Part shown: positions 1 to 8,112 of the stretch, piece by piece
Layout of the letters: every line of letters begins with the position of its first letter
Position numbering within the stretch: the first letter of the stretch is position 1
From: a bacterium
GTDB lineage: Bacteria > Bacillota_I > Bacilli_A > RFN20 > CAG-288
Assembly: GCA_963660905.1 (NCBI GenBank)
Contig: CAVKZJ010000004.1
Coordinates: 31,947-95,946 of the forward strand
Direction of reading: 5' to 3'
DNA: 64,000 bases
Notes under the pieces: generated by a model
Seen by the model: the letters and a program-made list of their open reading frames with translations, nothing else
The model's database searches: none
What the model was told of the DNA's origin: nothing
Program-made: the position numbers and the translations under genes

Positions 1-257
1 ATGAATGCGTCAATATAGTTCTGCAACTGTGTCTGGTTGTTTTTTCCGGTGATGGACCAAAGAGTGATGGTCGTCGGTTCCGTGATGAAAGGAGTATAGG
101 TGTCACTGCTTGCAGAATCCTGTGCAGTCGTCGAAGAAGATTCCGATGGGGCAGCGGTCGAAGAAGCGGCACCTGTTGAGGATGTATTTGTCTTATTGCA
201 TCCGACAAGTGCGACAATCATCGGCAAACTCATAACAGAAATAAGTCTCTTATTCAT
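1..257 (-). CDS. ABC transporter solute-binding lipoprotein (first ~85 codons only; gene continues past the left edge)
   Basis: Absent from the ORF track because it has no stop in the window. ATG at 257-255 (minus) with AGGAGG 11 nt upstream (269-274), open to position 1. The product starts MNKRLISVMSLPMIVALVGC (signal peptide plus lipobox LVGC), followed by a Ser/Thr/Ala-rich linker. The binding-protein role is inferred only from its position after the ATPase and two permeases. Confidence 0.6.
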   Translation of the reverse strand, partial: MNKRLISVMSLPMIVALVGCNKTNTSSTGAASSTAAPSESSSTTAQDSASSDTYTPFITEPTTITLWSITGKNNQTQLQNYIDAF

Positions 258-308
258 AATAATCTAATCCTCCTTTTTATATTTTTTGTTAGATTATGAA
301 AGAACGAA

Positions 309-1280
309 TCAGCCCTTAATGCCTGCACGACCAACGCCACGCATAATATATTTTCGGAAGATGACAAAGAGAAGGAAAAGAGGAACGGTAACCAAGACGG
401 TCGCGGCCATCTGATAGCCATAAGAGGTCATGCCTGTATCGGCATCCGTGAATGTCGAACCTCTCAAGCCGTTGGAAATCAGACGATAGCTCGCGGAATT
501 GGTGACCAAGTTCGGCCAGACATAGGAGTTCCATGTTCCCATGAATTTCAGAATCGTGATGGAAATCAATGTCGGCATGACAAGCGGAACAACCACCTTC
601 CACAAGAACGACCAATCGGATTTTCCGTCCACCTTGCTCGAAAGGTAGAGTTCATTGGGGATCTGCTTGATGTTCTGTCTAAGAAGATAGATGTAGAAGA
701 CAGAGATCCAGAACGGAACGATCATGGCCGCATAGGCCTGGATTCTCGTCTGATTCTGACTGATCCAGCCAAAGGATGCAACCGTGATATAGTTGGAGAT
801 GACCATCATCTCGCCTGGAATCATCATCGTGGTCAAGAAGACCATGAACAAGGCTTCTCTTCCCTTAAACTGCAGTCTGCCAAAGGCGTAGCCAGCCAAG
901 ATCGTCGTAATCAGGGTTCCCAAGGTGGAAACAGCCGCGACGATGATGGTGTTGAGCATATATTCGCCAAAGTCGAAATATTGGAAGACGTAGACGTAGT
1001 TGGACCACATGACGATGCTCGGATAGAATGTCTGTGTCGGGGCGATGACTTCCGAATTGTTCTTCAGGGATGTGATGATCATCCAATAAAATGGGAAGAT
1101 CATGAACAAGGCCAGGATGAGAATCACGACATAGAGAATGACAGTGGAAGCGACATTGGTGACCTTCTGTCTTTTCTGAATCGCTTCGACCGTCCGATCG
1201 GATTCAGCCAAGGAGAGGACAATGTTGTCATTCACCTTGATTTTAGAGAAATCAACATATTCTTTCTTTTTCATATTCAT
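309..1280 (-). CDS. carbohydrate-type ABC transporter permease (MalG/UgpE-like)
   Basis: 323 aa, multi-TM, EAA loop ELYLSSKVDGKSDWSFLWKVVVPLVMP. AGGAG lies upstream. The in-frame ATG at 1274 has better SD spacing than the one at 1280. Confidence 0.85.
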   Translation of the reverse strand: MNMKKKEYVDFSKIKVNDNIVLSLAESDRTVEAIQKRQKVTNVASTVILYVVILILALFMIFPFYWMIITSLKNNSEVIAPTQTFYPSIVMWSNYVYVFQYFDFGEYMLNTIIVAAVSTLGTLITTILAGYAFGRLQFKGREALFMVFLTTMMIPGEMMVISNYITVASFGWISQNQTRIQAYAAMIVPFWISVFYIYLLRQNIKQIPNELYLSSKVDGKSDWSFLWKVVVPLVMPTLISITILKFMGTWNSYVWPNLVTNSASYRLISNGLRGSTFTDADTGMTSYGYQMAATVLVTVPLFLLFVIFRKYIMRGVGRAGIKG

Positions 1281-1289
1281 TTCTCCTTA

Positions 1290-2372
1290 TCAATAATGAA
1301 CTTTCTTCTTGCTGACAAGGAACTGCAATCCCGTGAATGCCAAGATGACCAAGAAGAGGAAGACGGCTGCCGCAGCAGCAAGACTCGTATTCGTCGAAAG
1401 GTAGTCATAGATGTAATAAACAATCGTATACATGTTGTAGGAGCCATTGCTCGTACCCGGCCCATTGAACAAGCCGACGATGGATGTGTATTCCTTGAAT
1501 GCGCCGATGAAGCTCGTGACCACAATATATAAGATTTGCGGTGACATGAGCGGAACGGTGATTCTCCATAGGATTTTCTGGCTTCCGGCTCCATCGATCT
1601 TCGCGGCATTGTAGTATTGCTTATCGATGCCCTGAAGTCCGGAGAGGAAAATCAGAATCTTGAACGGAAGGCTCGACCAGATGATATAGACACAAAGAGG
1701 AACAAAGGCATTGACCGTCTTGGCGCCATAGATCCATGTCTGATCCAGGTGGAAGATATAGTTGAAGACACCATTCTTATCGAAGATGACCGAGAAGACC
1801 ATGCCGATGGCAATGGCATTGGTGACATAAGGAAGGAAGAAGACCGTCTGAAGGAATTTCTTGAAGAAGGGCAATTGATTCAAGGCAACGGAGATGAGAA
1901 GGGCAATCAATGTGGATAGAGGAACGGTGATGAAGACAATCAGGAAGGTATTCGGAATGGCGTAACGAACGAAATTCACTTCCTTTCCGCCGTTGGCTGT
2001 TGTCGTCAGGCCGAAGATGACACCGAAATTGTTCAGTGTCACGCCATCAAACGAGCCATCGATATAGGAGTAGTTGTCCAAGAAGGAAATGAAGATGGTA
2101 TTGATCAGCGGATAGAGAAGAAAGACGACCAAGAGAATGAGAACCGGAGCGATATAGAGCCAGGATTTCCAATTGTTCTTGGCAGCCACATCCTCGATGC
2201 CGGTAATCTTATAAGGCTTTGCATTGGCCTTGGGAGCTTTCACGAGTCGGACAATCGTATTGGTTTCCTCGTTGACCTCATCCTTGTAGTCAGGACGGGC
2301 CAAGAAGAAATCATTGCTGGCTGTCAGAGACTTCTGCTCTCTTAATTCAAGAGTGGGATCGCTCATAATCAT
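1290..2372 (-). CDS. carbohydrate-type ABC transporter permease (MalF/UgpA-like)
   Basis: 360 aa, multi-TM, EAA loop YYNAAKIDGAGSQKILWRITVPLMSP. Its ATG overlaps the TGA of the ATPase gene (ATGA at 2369-2372). Confidence 0.85.
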   Translation of the reverse strand: MIMSDPTLELREQKSLTASNDFFLARPDYKDEVNEETNTIVRLVKAPKANAKPYKITGIEDVAAKNNWKSWLYIAPVLILLVVFLLYPLINTIFISFLDNYSYIDGSFDGVTLNNFGVIFGLTTTANGGKEVNFVRYAIPNTFLIVFITVPLSTLIALLISVALNQLPFFKKFLQTVFFLPYVTNAIAIGMVFSVIFDKNGVFNYIFHLDQTWIYGAKTVNAFVPLCVYIIWSSLPFKILIFLSGLQGIDKQYYNAAKIDGAGSQKILWRITVPLMSPQILYIVVTSFIGAFKEYTSIVGLFNGPGTSNGSYNMYTIVYYIYDYLSTNTSLAAAAAVFLFLVILAFTGLQFLVSKKKVHY

Positions 2373-4300
2373 TTCCCTTCGTTGATTTCGGATAGATAGA
2401 TTCTCTGTTCGGTTTCATGATTGAAGACAAAGAATTTATCCTTCTTCACACCGAGACGAACCTTGCCCATGCTGATTTTTTCATCCGAGGAGATGATCGA
2501 CTTGAAAGTCGGCTTGGCACAATTCTCGTTCTTGGCAACGATGAAGAGATCTCTTCCAAGAATCTGAATCTGCTCGACATCGGCACTGAAGCCCATGGCA
2601 TCCTCGGGGATATTGGCAATCATGCCTTCCGGACGGATTGCGACATAGACTTTCTGATCTGCAATGTCGGAGGTCGTCTTATAAATGGCTTCATTTCCAA
2701 GATAGATGGTCTTATCCTTCACTTCACCCTCGAAGACATTGATCGGCGGGGTTCCCAGGAACTGACCGACGAAGAGGTTGGCTGGTGAATTGTAGACATT
2801 CTGCGGAGAATCGATCTGCTGTTCTTCGCCCAGTTTCATGACGACGATCTTATCCGAAATGGACATCGCCTCTTCCTGGTCATGGGTAACGAAGACCGTC
2901 GTGATGCCCGTTGTCTGCTGAATTCTTCTGATTTCTTCTCTTGTCTGCAATCTCAAGCGGGCATCCAAGTTGCTTAGCGGCTCATCAAGAAGAAGCATCT
3001 TCGGCTTCTTGACAAGGGCTCTTGCAATTGCGACACGCTGCTGCTGACCGCCGGAGAGCTGGCTTGGCTTTCTTTCGAGGTATTCATCGACCTGAACGAG
3101 CTTCGCTGTCTCATAGACGATTTCCTGTCTTTCAGCTTTCGTCAGTTTGCGGTGTGTGATGGCTGTTCTGGTATCATTCTGGATATTGACCAATCCTAAG
3201 GATTCCGTCAGGGCTTTCAAGCCTTTTTCGACATCCTCCTTGGATGACTTGGTGATGATAAGGAAGATCTTGAGCTGTTTCTTTTCATAATAAAGTTTCA
3301 GATCAGAGAAATTCAAGCCCAATTCCTTCAGGGTCTTCTTTATGGAAAGGGTGAATTCCTTATTTTCGACATGGGTGACAGCACTCGAGAAGGAGACGAA
3401 ATTCAAGGCGGCCTTGAATTCTTCTTCCATCTCTTCTCTCATGATGCTCGTGATATTCTTCACACGGGCAATGAGTTCATATCCAGTCTTGGATTTGATG
3501 ATGGTGACTGCCTCAGTTTTTCCATATTTCTCGGCAATCGAGCGAATCTTATTGATGTCCTCATCCATCTGATCGATGACAAAGGAAGACGGGAGTTTTC
3601 CGGTGAAATTGATATCGCACTTTTCCAATTCACTCTTGACCATGACATCCGCACGGATTTTGGAATCGAAAAGGGCTTCGCTTGTCTGCACTTTCTGTTC
3701 ATCAATCTGATAGGAGTTAGGGAAAACCTTGTTAAGATTATCCACAAAAATCTTTTTCACTTCTTCAGAGACATTGTGAAGAACAGCTTCCAATTGAAGA
3801 TTATTTCCTTCAAGAACATCCGTGAAGGAATACTGTCTCTTCGATAAGCCGATTTTCTTTGCCAAAGAGGAAACAGAGAGCAGAATGGACTCCACATCAT
3901 CCTTTTCGCCCATGACATAGAGGATGCTCAACGTGAAATCATAAAATGTGACAAGAGGAACTTCGACTTTCAAGTTCGTCAAAGGGAATTCAATGTTCTT
4001 ATAGATGGTCATATGCGGATAAAGGGCGTAGTTTTGGAAGACAAGACCGATGCCTCTTTTCTCCGGAGGAAGATTCGTCACTTCCTGATCACCGAACCAC
4101 ACTTCGCCAGAAGTCGGCTTGAGAAGGCCGGCAATCATATAGAGAGTGGTTGATTTTCCACATCCGGAAGGTCCCAATAAACCGACAAGCTGACCATCCG
4201 GAACTTCGAAGTCAAGGTTGTTCACGGCAATTGTATCGCGTATGTTCTTTTTCGGATTGCCAGGGAAGATTTTGGTTAAATTCTTTAATTTGATTTCCAT
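2369..4300 (-). CDS. ABC transporter ATP-binding protein (MalK/UgpC/MsmX family) with a ~273-aa insertion between Q-loop and signature motif
   Basis: Walker A GPSGCGKST, Q-loop LVFQNYALYPHMT, signature LSGGQQQRV, Walker B LLLDEPLSNLD, H-loop FVTHDQ, and a C-terminal MalK-type regulatory domain. AGGAG sits 8 nt upstream of the ATG. Residues ~112-384 have no counterpart in ordinary MalK proteins. Confidence 0.9.
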   Translation of the reverse strand: MEIKLKNLTKIFPGNPKKNIRDTIAVNNLDFEVPDGQLVGLLGPSGCGKSTTLYMIAGLLKPTSGEVWFGDQEVTNLPPEKRGIGLVFQNYALYPHMTIYKNIEFPLTNLKVEVPLVTFYDFTLSILYVMGEKDDVESILLSVSSLAKKIGLSKRQYSFTDVLEGNNLQLEAVLHNVSEEVKKIFVDNLNKVFPNSYQIDEQKVQTSEALFDSKIRADVMVKSELEKCDINFTGKLPSSFVIDQMDEDINKIRSIAEKYGKTEAVTIIKSKTGYELIARVKNITSIMREEMEEEFKAALNFVSFSSAVTHVENKEFTLSIKKTLKELGLNFSDLKLYYEKKQLKIFLIITKSSKEDVEKGLKALTESLGLVNIQNDTRTAITHRKLTKAERQEIVYETAKLVQVDEYLERKPSQLSGGQQQRVAIARALVKKPKMLLLDEPLSNLDARLRLQTREEIRRIQQTTGITTVFVTHDQEEAMSISDKIVVMKLGEEQQIDSPQNVYNSPANLFVGQFLGTPPINVFEGEVKDKTIYLGNEAIYKTTSDIADQKVYVAIRPEGMIANIPEDAMGFSADVEQIQILGRDLFIVAKNENCAKPTFKSIISSDEKISMGKVRLGVKKDKFFVFNHETEQRIYLSEINEGK

Positions 4301-4311
4301 TTTCTGAACTC

Positions 4312-5823
4312 CTATTTTGTACCATCACTGTCTACAGCATCATTCAATTTCAGTTTTTCATTTTCTCTTCTCGCCTTTCGGTCTTTGAAGAATGAAATGA
4401 AATATTTCACAAAATAACCGATGAAGAAAATAAGGAGGATGCATGTGACGACAATGAAATTGTCTAACGGATTGAAGGTCGTATATGTGTTATGGAAGCC
4501 ATTCGCACGGAAGGAAATGTAGAGAATTGCAAGCAAGAGGTCCAATCCGCCAAGATAGGCAATCGTCGCCGTCTTGAAGAATTTCTTCGGATTGACTCTT
4601 CTGAATTCATCATTTTTGTATTTGTTCTTTTCGTAGAGATAGAAAAGGGCAATTCCAAGGGCAACGGCCACGAGGTAGATCACCGTCGCAAGAACAATGA
4701 CAAGAATGACATTCGTCTTGGAAACCGCATCGATATCATCGCTCTCGCCGTTCTTGAAATAGACACAGCCGACACGTGCGACAAGACTCGTGTTCGGTTT
4801 GACTTTCGTGACGTTGTCTTCCAACACAGAATAGATCTGGATGGTCAAAGAAACGCCACGAAGAGAGAAGTTCTTGAGATTGTCCAATGAGAGATCCTTA
4901 ACCAAATATCTCGATTTCGAAACACCTTGCTTGATCATCTGGCTCGAGGTGATGGAGAAATCATTGATGCTGATTTCCTTGATCGTCCCATCCTTGTATT
5001 CGAAACGGAAATAAGCGGTCTGAACGTTTGTGATGGCGGACTGGATCACCGACTTTCCTTCATCAATGTCTTCTTTATTTTTCTTATAGACGCTGGCTTT
5101 CTGAATCTGATAGAGTTCGGCTGTCGTATTGTTATAGGTGACATCGAAGGTCGTATATGGACCATAATTATAGATGCCATCCAATGTCGCACTGAAATAT
5201 GGTTCGACGTCCACGCTTTTCGTCTTGGATAAATTGATTCTGCACTTATAGTTTTTATCCTTGTCAATTGTCATCTTCTTGTTTTCGTCGTTCTTGTATC
5301 CGAAAATGTTATAGATCGTCAGATAATCATTGCAGAATTGTTCTTCATCAGAAAAAACGAAATCAAAAGAGATTGTGATATAGGTCTGTCCCATCTCCAA
5401 TCCGATGCCGTCAAAAACATCGGTCACGGATTTCAGGGGCAGTTCCTCTGCAACTTCTCTGATTTCGTTTGTCGATTTATTCTGTAAATTGTAAACCGCA
5501 ACCAAAGGATAATACATATCCTCGTCTTTCGAACCATGATAACCTAAAATATAGCTTTCTTCGCTATCATCTACGTTAAAAGTGATAGTAAAGGATTGTG
5601 AATGATCTGTCTTTGTCGGGTTCGTGATCTTGACGACGAAAGCATCGTCAATATCCGTGATTTCCTTTGCTGTCGAATCATACATCGTCTTCTCGGCGAA
5701 GTGAACATTCCTGCTTCCGCTCATTTCAAGAGCAGAGGAAGTCGGCTGAAAGCCCAACAAGACGCCAAAGCAAAAACCTAACAACACACTCGTCAGCAGT
5801 GTACAAATCTTTCTCATTTTCAT
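4312..5823 (-). CDS. membrane-anchored surface protein of unknown function
   Basis: 503 aa with an N-terminal hydrophobic signal/anchor (ICTLLTSVLLGFCFGVLLGF). A ~340-aa Asn/Lys/Thr/Asp-rich soluble region follows, then three C-terminal TM helices and a basic tail. Its last codons contain the RBS of the ATPase gene, which starts 11 nt after its stop, so the two are co-transcribed. Confidence 0.7.
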   Translation of the reverse strand: MKMRKICTLLTSVLLGFCFGVLLGFQPTSSALEMSGSRNVHFAEKTMYDSTAKEITDIDDAFVVKITNPTKTDHSQSFTITFNVDDSEESYILGYHGSKDEDMYYPLVAVYNLQNKSTNEIREVAEELPLKSVTDVFDGIGLEMGQTYITISFDFVFSDEEQFCNDYLTIYNIFGYKNDENKKMTIDKDKNYKCRINLSKTKSVDVEPYFSATLDGIYNYGPYTTFDVTYNNTTAELYQIQKASVYKKNKEDIDEGKSVIQSAITNVQTAYFRFEYKDGTIKEISINDFSITSSQMIKQGVSKSRYLVKDLSLDNLKNFSLRGVSLTIQIYSVLEDNVTKVKPNTSLVARVGCVYFKNGESDDIDAVSKTNVILVIVLATVIYLVAVALGIALFYLYEKNKYKNDEFRRVNPKKFFKTATIAYLGGLDLLLAILYISFRANGFHNTYTTFNPLDNFIVVTCILLIFFIGYFVKYFISFFKDRKARRENEKLKLNDAVDSDGTK

Positions 5824-5934
5824 CGGTAAGTTATCCTTTTCGAAAAAATATCAGATTCATCCCGTCTCATTATTTTACCAAGAAGAAAAGTAGAACACAA
5901 ATAAATATACTAAGGTAGCCCTTTCTTCCGGATT

Positions 5935-5963
5935 ATTATACAATTCTCTTACATTTTTCAAAA
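5935..5963 (-). promoter_or_regulatory. putative sigma-A-type promoter for the 503-aa/ABC operon
   Basis: Minus strand reads TTTTGAAAAATGTAAGAGAATTGTATAAT. The -10 TATAAT is at 5935-5940. The -35-like element is TTGAAA (15-nt spacer) or TTTTGA (17-nt spacer). Confidence 0.4.
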
Positions 5964-5987
5964 ATTATTGTGAAACTGATTTTCAAA

Positions 5988-7019
5988 TCACTTGTCCAGC
6001 CGGCTCTCAGAGACAAAAGAATGACTCACCTGAGTATCTTTCTCATGCTCAAGAGAGATTTCCGCAAGAGAATAATAGATTTTGTCATTCGTGATATCCA
6101 GATCATATAGCTGAAGCATATATTCCGGGAACGTCTGTTTCCCCTTGGTGAAGATCATCATGGTTGCCGAGACAAGAAGAGGAACACCCAAGGTGAAAAA
6201 GGATAAAAGAAGAATGCCAAGAATATAGATGGCCTCATAGGCAAGAAAACGTCCCGTCCGGATCGAAAGAAGAGAGGAATCCGCCTTTCCAATATGATAG
6301 ATCAGCATGCCGATAGTCTGTCTGTTTCTTTTGAAGATCAAAGGCGGAACAAGAAAGACAACAACAGCAGATAACACGACAGCGACAGGCAATTCGACAA
6401 AGACGACCATATTCGACATGAACTTCGTCGATTCCATGTATTTCGGAAAGCAGGAGAGAAGATAGCTTCGACATTGATTGTCCAAAAACGGCTGATAACA
6501 GACTTCATTATATATTTTATAGCTATCCGTCTGATTGAATTCCGGATTCATCACGATGTCCGCTCCCTCATGAACAAAAAGAGAAACGCCATCATTTCTC
6601 ACCTCCAATCGGAAAGAATCATAAGCATCCTGAACAACTTTTCCATTCTCGGGATTCTCCTCTTTCACAAAAGCGATGAAGGAAGAGATAATCTCCTGAT
6701 AGGTCGTCATCTTTTCCTTTGCCGATGTATCCTGATTGGAATAATAGCTGACCACATCATATCGCTGCTGATTGTTTTCGATATAGAGGCCACTGTCGAG
6801 CATGATATGATCGACATATTCCTTTCGATTCCGATAGAAGGAAGTCGAATTGAGAATTCCTCTCATCATCAGGAAAAAGAGGAGGCCAAAAACGATGGCC
6901 AAGAGAAAGTCGACGAACTTGGAGAAGATTCTTCTCGACATCTGTGCTTTCTTATATTGAATATGAATTCCTTCTTCTTTCTTCTCTTCCTTCATCGAAT
7001 AAAGATCTTTTTCAGGCAT
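5988..7019 (-). CDS. RDD-like polytopic membrane protein with ~150-aa inserted soluble domain (paralogue 2)
   Basis: 343 aa. N-terminal R-x7-D plus TM (SRRIFSKFVDFLLAIVFGLLFFL), a soluble insert at ~res 54-200, TM helices, and KRNRQTIGMLIYHIG resembling the RDD-family GxTxG segment. Its ATG overlaps the upstream stop by 8 nt (7012-7019). Confidence 0.6.
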   Translation of the reverse strand: MPEKDLYSMKEEKKEEGIHIQYKKAQMSRRIFSKFVDFLLAIVFGLLFFLMMRGILNSTSFYRNRKEYVDHIMLDSGLYIENNQQRYDVVSYYSNQDTSAKEKMTTYQEIISSFIAFVKEENPENGKVVQDAYDSFRLEVRNDGVSLFVHEGADIVMNPEFNQTDSYKIYNEVCYQPFLDNQCRSYLLSCFPKYMESTKFMSNMVVFVELPVAVVLSAVVVFLVPPLIFKRNRQTIGMLIYHIGKADSSLLSIRTGRFLAYEAIYILGILLLSFFTLGVPLLVSATMMIFTKGKQTFPEYMLQLYDLDITNDKIYYSLAEISLEHEKDTQVSHSFVSESRLDK

Positions 7020-8112
7020 GGTCTACTTTATATCCTTTTAATAATGAAAGCTTTTCTAATTCGCTTTTCTTAATATAACATGTTTTCGTCAATCGGTCCG
7101 ACAATCCGATTCCATAGGAATCAAAACAGAGATAGACAAAGGAAATCAGCGACAGGAGAGTCCCGACAAGCGTACAGGTAAGAAGCCCGGGAATCGAAAA
7201 GAGCGTCGCAAATTCAATGAACAGCATCGGAAGGAAGATCATCAAGGAGAGATGGAAGAAAAAATAGAAAAAGAAGGGGAGAATCCGCTCTTTTCTTTTC
7301 AGAATCTTCAGATTGTCCAATCCGACCTTCTCATATCCCAATGCCATCATGGAGATGGTCTTTCCTCTTCTGGAGAGCATCGGAATCAGAAGAAAATAGA
7401 CAAGGCAGCCCAAGGTATAGGAAAGATAGCAGTCCAGAGAGAGGATCCACCGATTCGTCTTTTCCAATTGAGTATTCTCTTCTTTATATGTGCGATAGAG
7501 GAAAAGAGGAGAGGAAGAATCCAATTTTTCATTCTGAAGAAGATCTTCAATCATTGCGGAATACAAATTCGGAAAGACGGAATTGAGGATTTTCTGATAG
7601 ATTGTCTCTCCCCTTGAGGAAAGAGTATCCTTGCTATCCAACAAGGGAGAAAGAAGTTCCTGATATTCCTCTTTCAGATACACGTTCTCTGAAATCTCAA
7701 AATATCCGTTTTTATCATTGTTCTTATAAAAATCCAGATAGGTCTTTATCTCTTCATGGAGAAGGTCGATGAAATAATGATGAAAATAATCATGGCTCTC
7801 CTCATGCCTGAGAAGAGAAAGAACGAATTGGTTTCCGGAATACGTCAGACAGGAAGTGAAGGAATCATCCGCATTCTCTTTTTCCAAAAGTCCGTTCCGA
7901 TAAAGAACTTCCACCATCTGAACCTGATTCTCATTTCTTTTCTTTTCGTTTTCATCATATCCGGAAATGGATCTGGAGACCGGGAAAAGAATGACAGAGA
8001 AAAAGAAAAGGGATAAAAAAAAGTTCAAAAACAGGTCGCAAAAATGAAGAAGGACCCTTCCTCCTTTTTTCAGCGGATGGATATCGACGTATTCAGGATT
8101 CATTTGACTCAT
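7012..8112 (-). CDS. RDD-family membrane protein with ~175-aa inserted soluble domain (paralogue 1)
   Basis: 366 aa. GGRVLLHFCDLFLNFFLSLFFF supplies the R and first D with TM1. The insert spans ~res 47-221. RRGKTISMMALGYEKV is followed by further TMs, and GLSDRLTKTCYI supplies the final D of the RDD pattern. ATGA overlap with the upstream SIR2-like gene (8109-8112). Confidence 0.65.
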   Translation of the reverse strand: MSQMNPEYVDIHPLKKGGRVLLHFCDLFLNFFLSLFFFSVILFPVSRSISGYDENEKKRNENQVQMVEVLYRNGLLEKENADDSFTSCLTYSGNQFVLSLLRHEESHDYFHHYFIDLLHEEIKTYLDFYKNNDKNGYFEISENVYLKEEYQELLSPLLDSKDTLSSRGETIYQKILNSVFPNLYSAMIEDLLQNEKLDSSSPLFLYRTYKEENTQLEKTNRWILSLDCYLSYTLGCLVYFLLIPMLSRRGKTISMMALGYEKVGLDNLKILKRKERILPFFFYFFFHLSLMIFLPMLFIEFATLFSIPGLLTCTLVGTLLSLISFVYLCFDSYGIGLSDRLTKTCYIKKSELEKLSLLKGYKVDHA

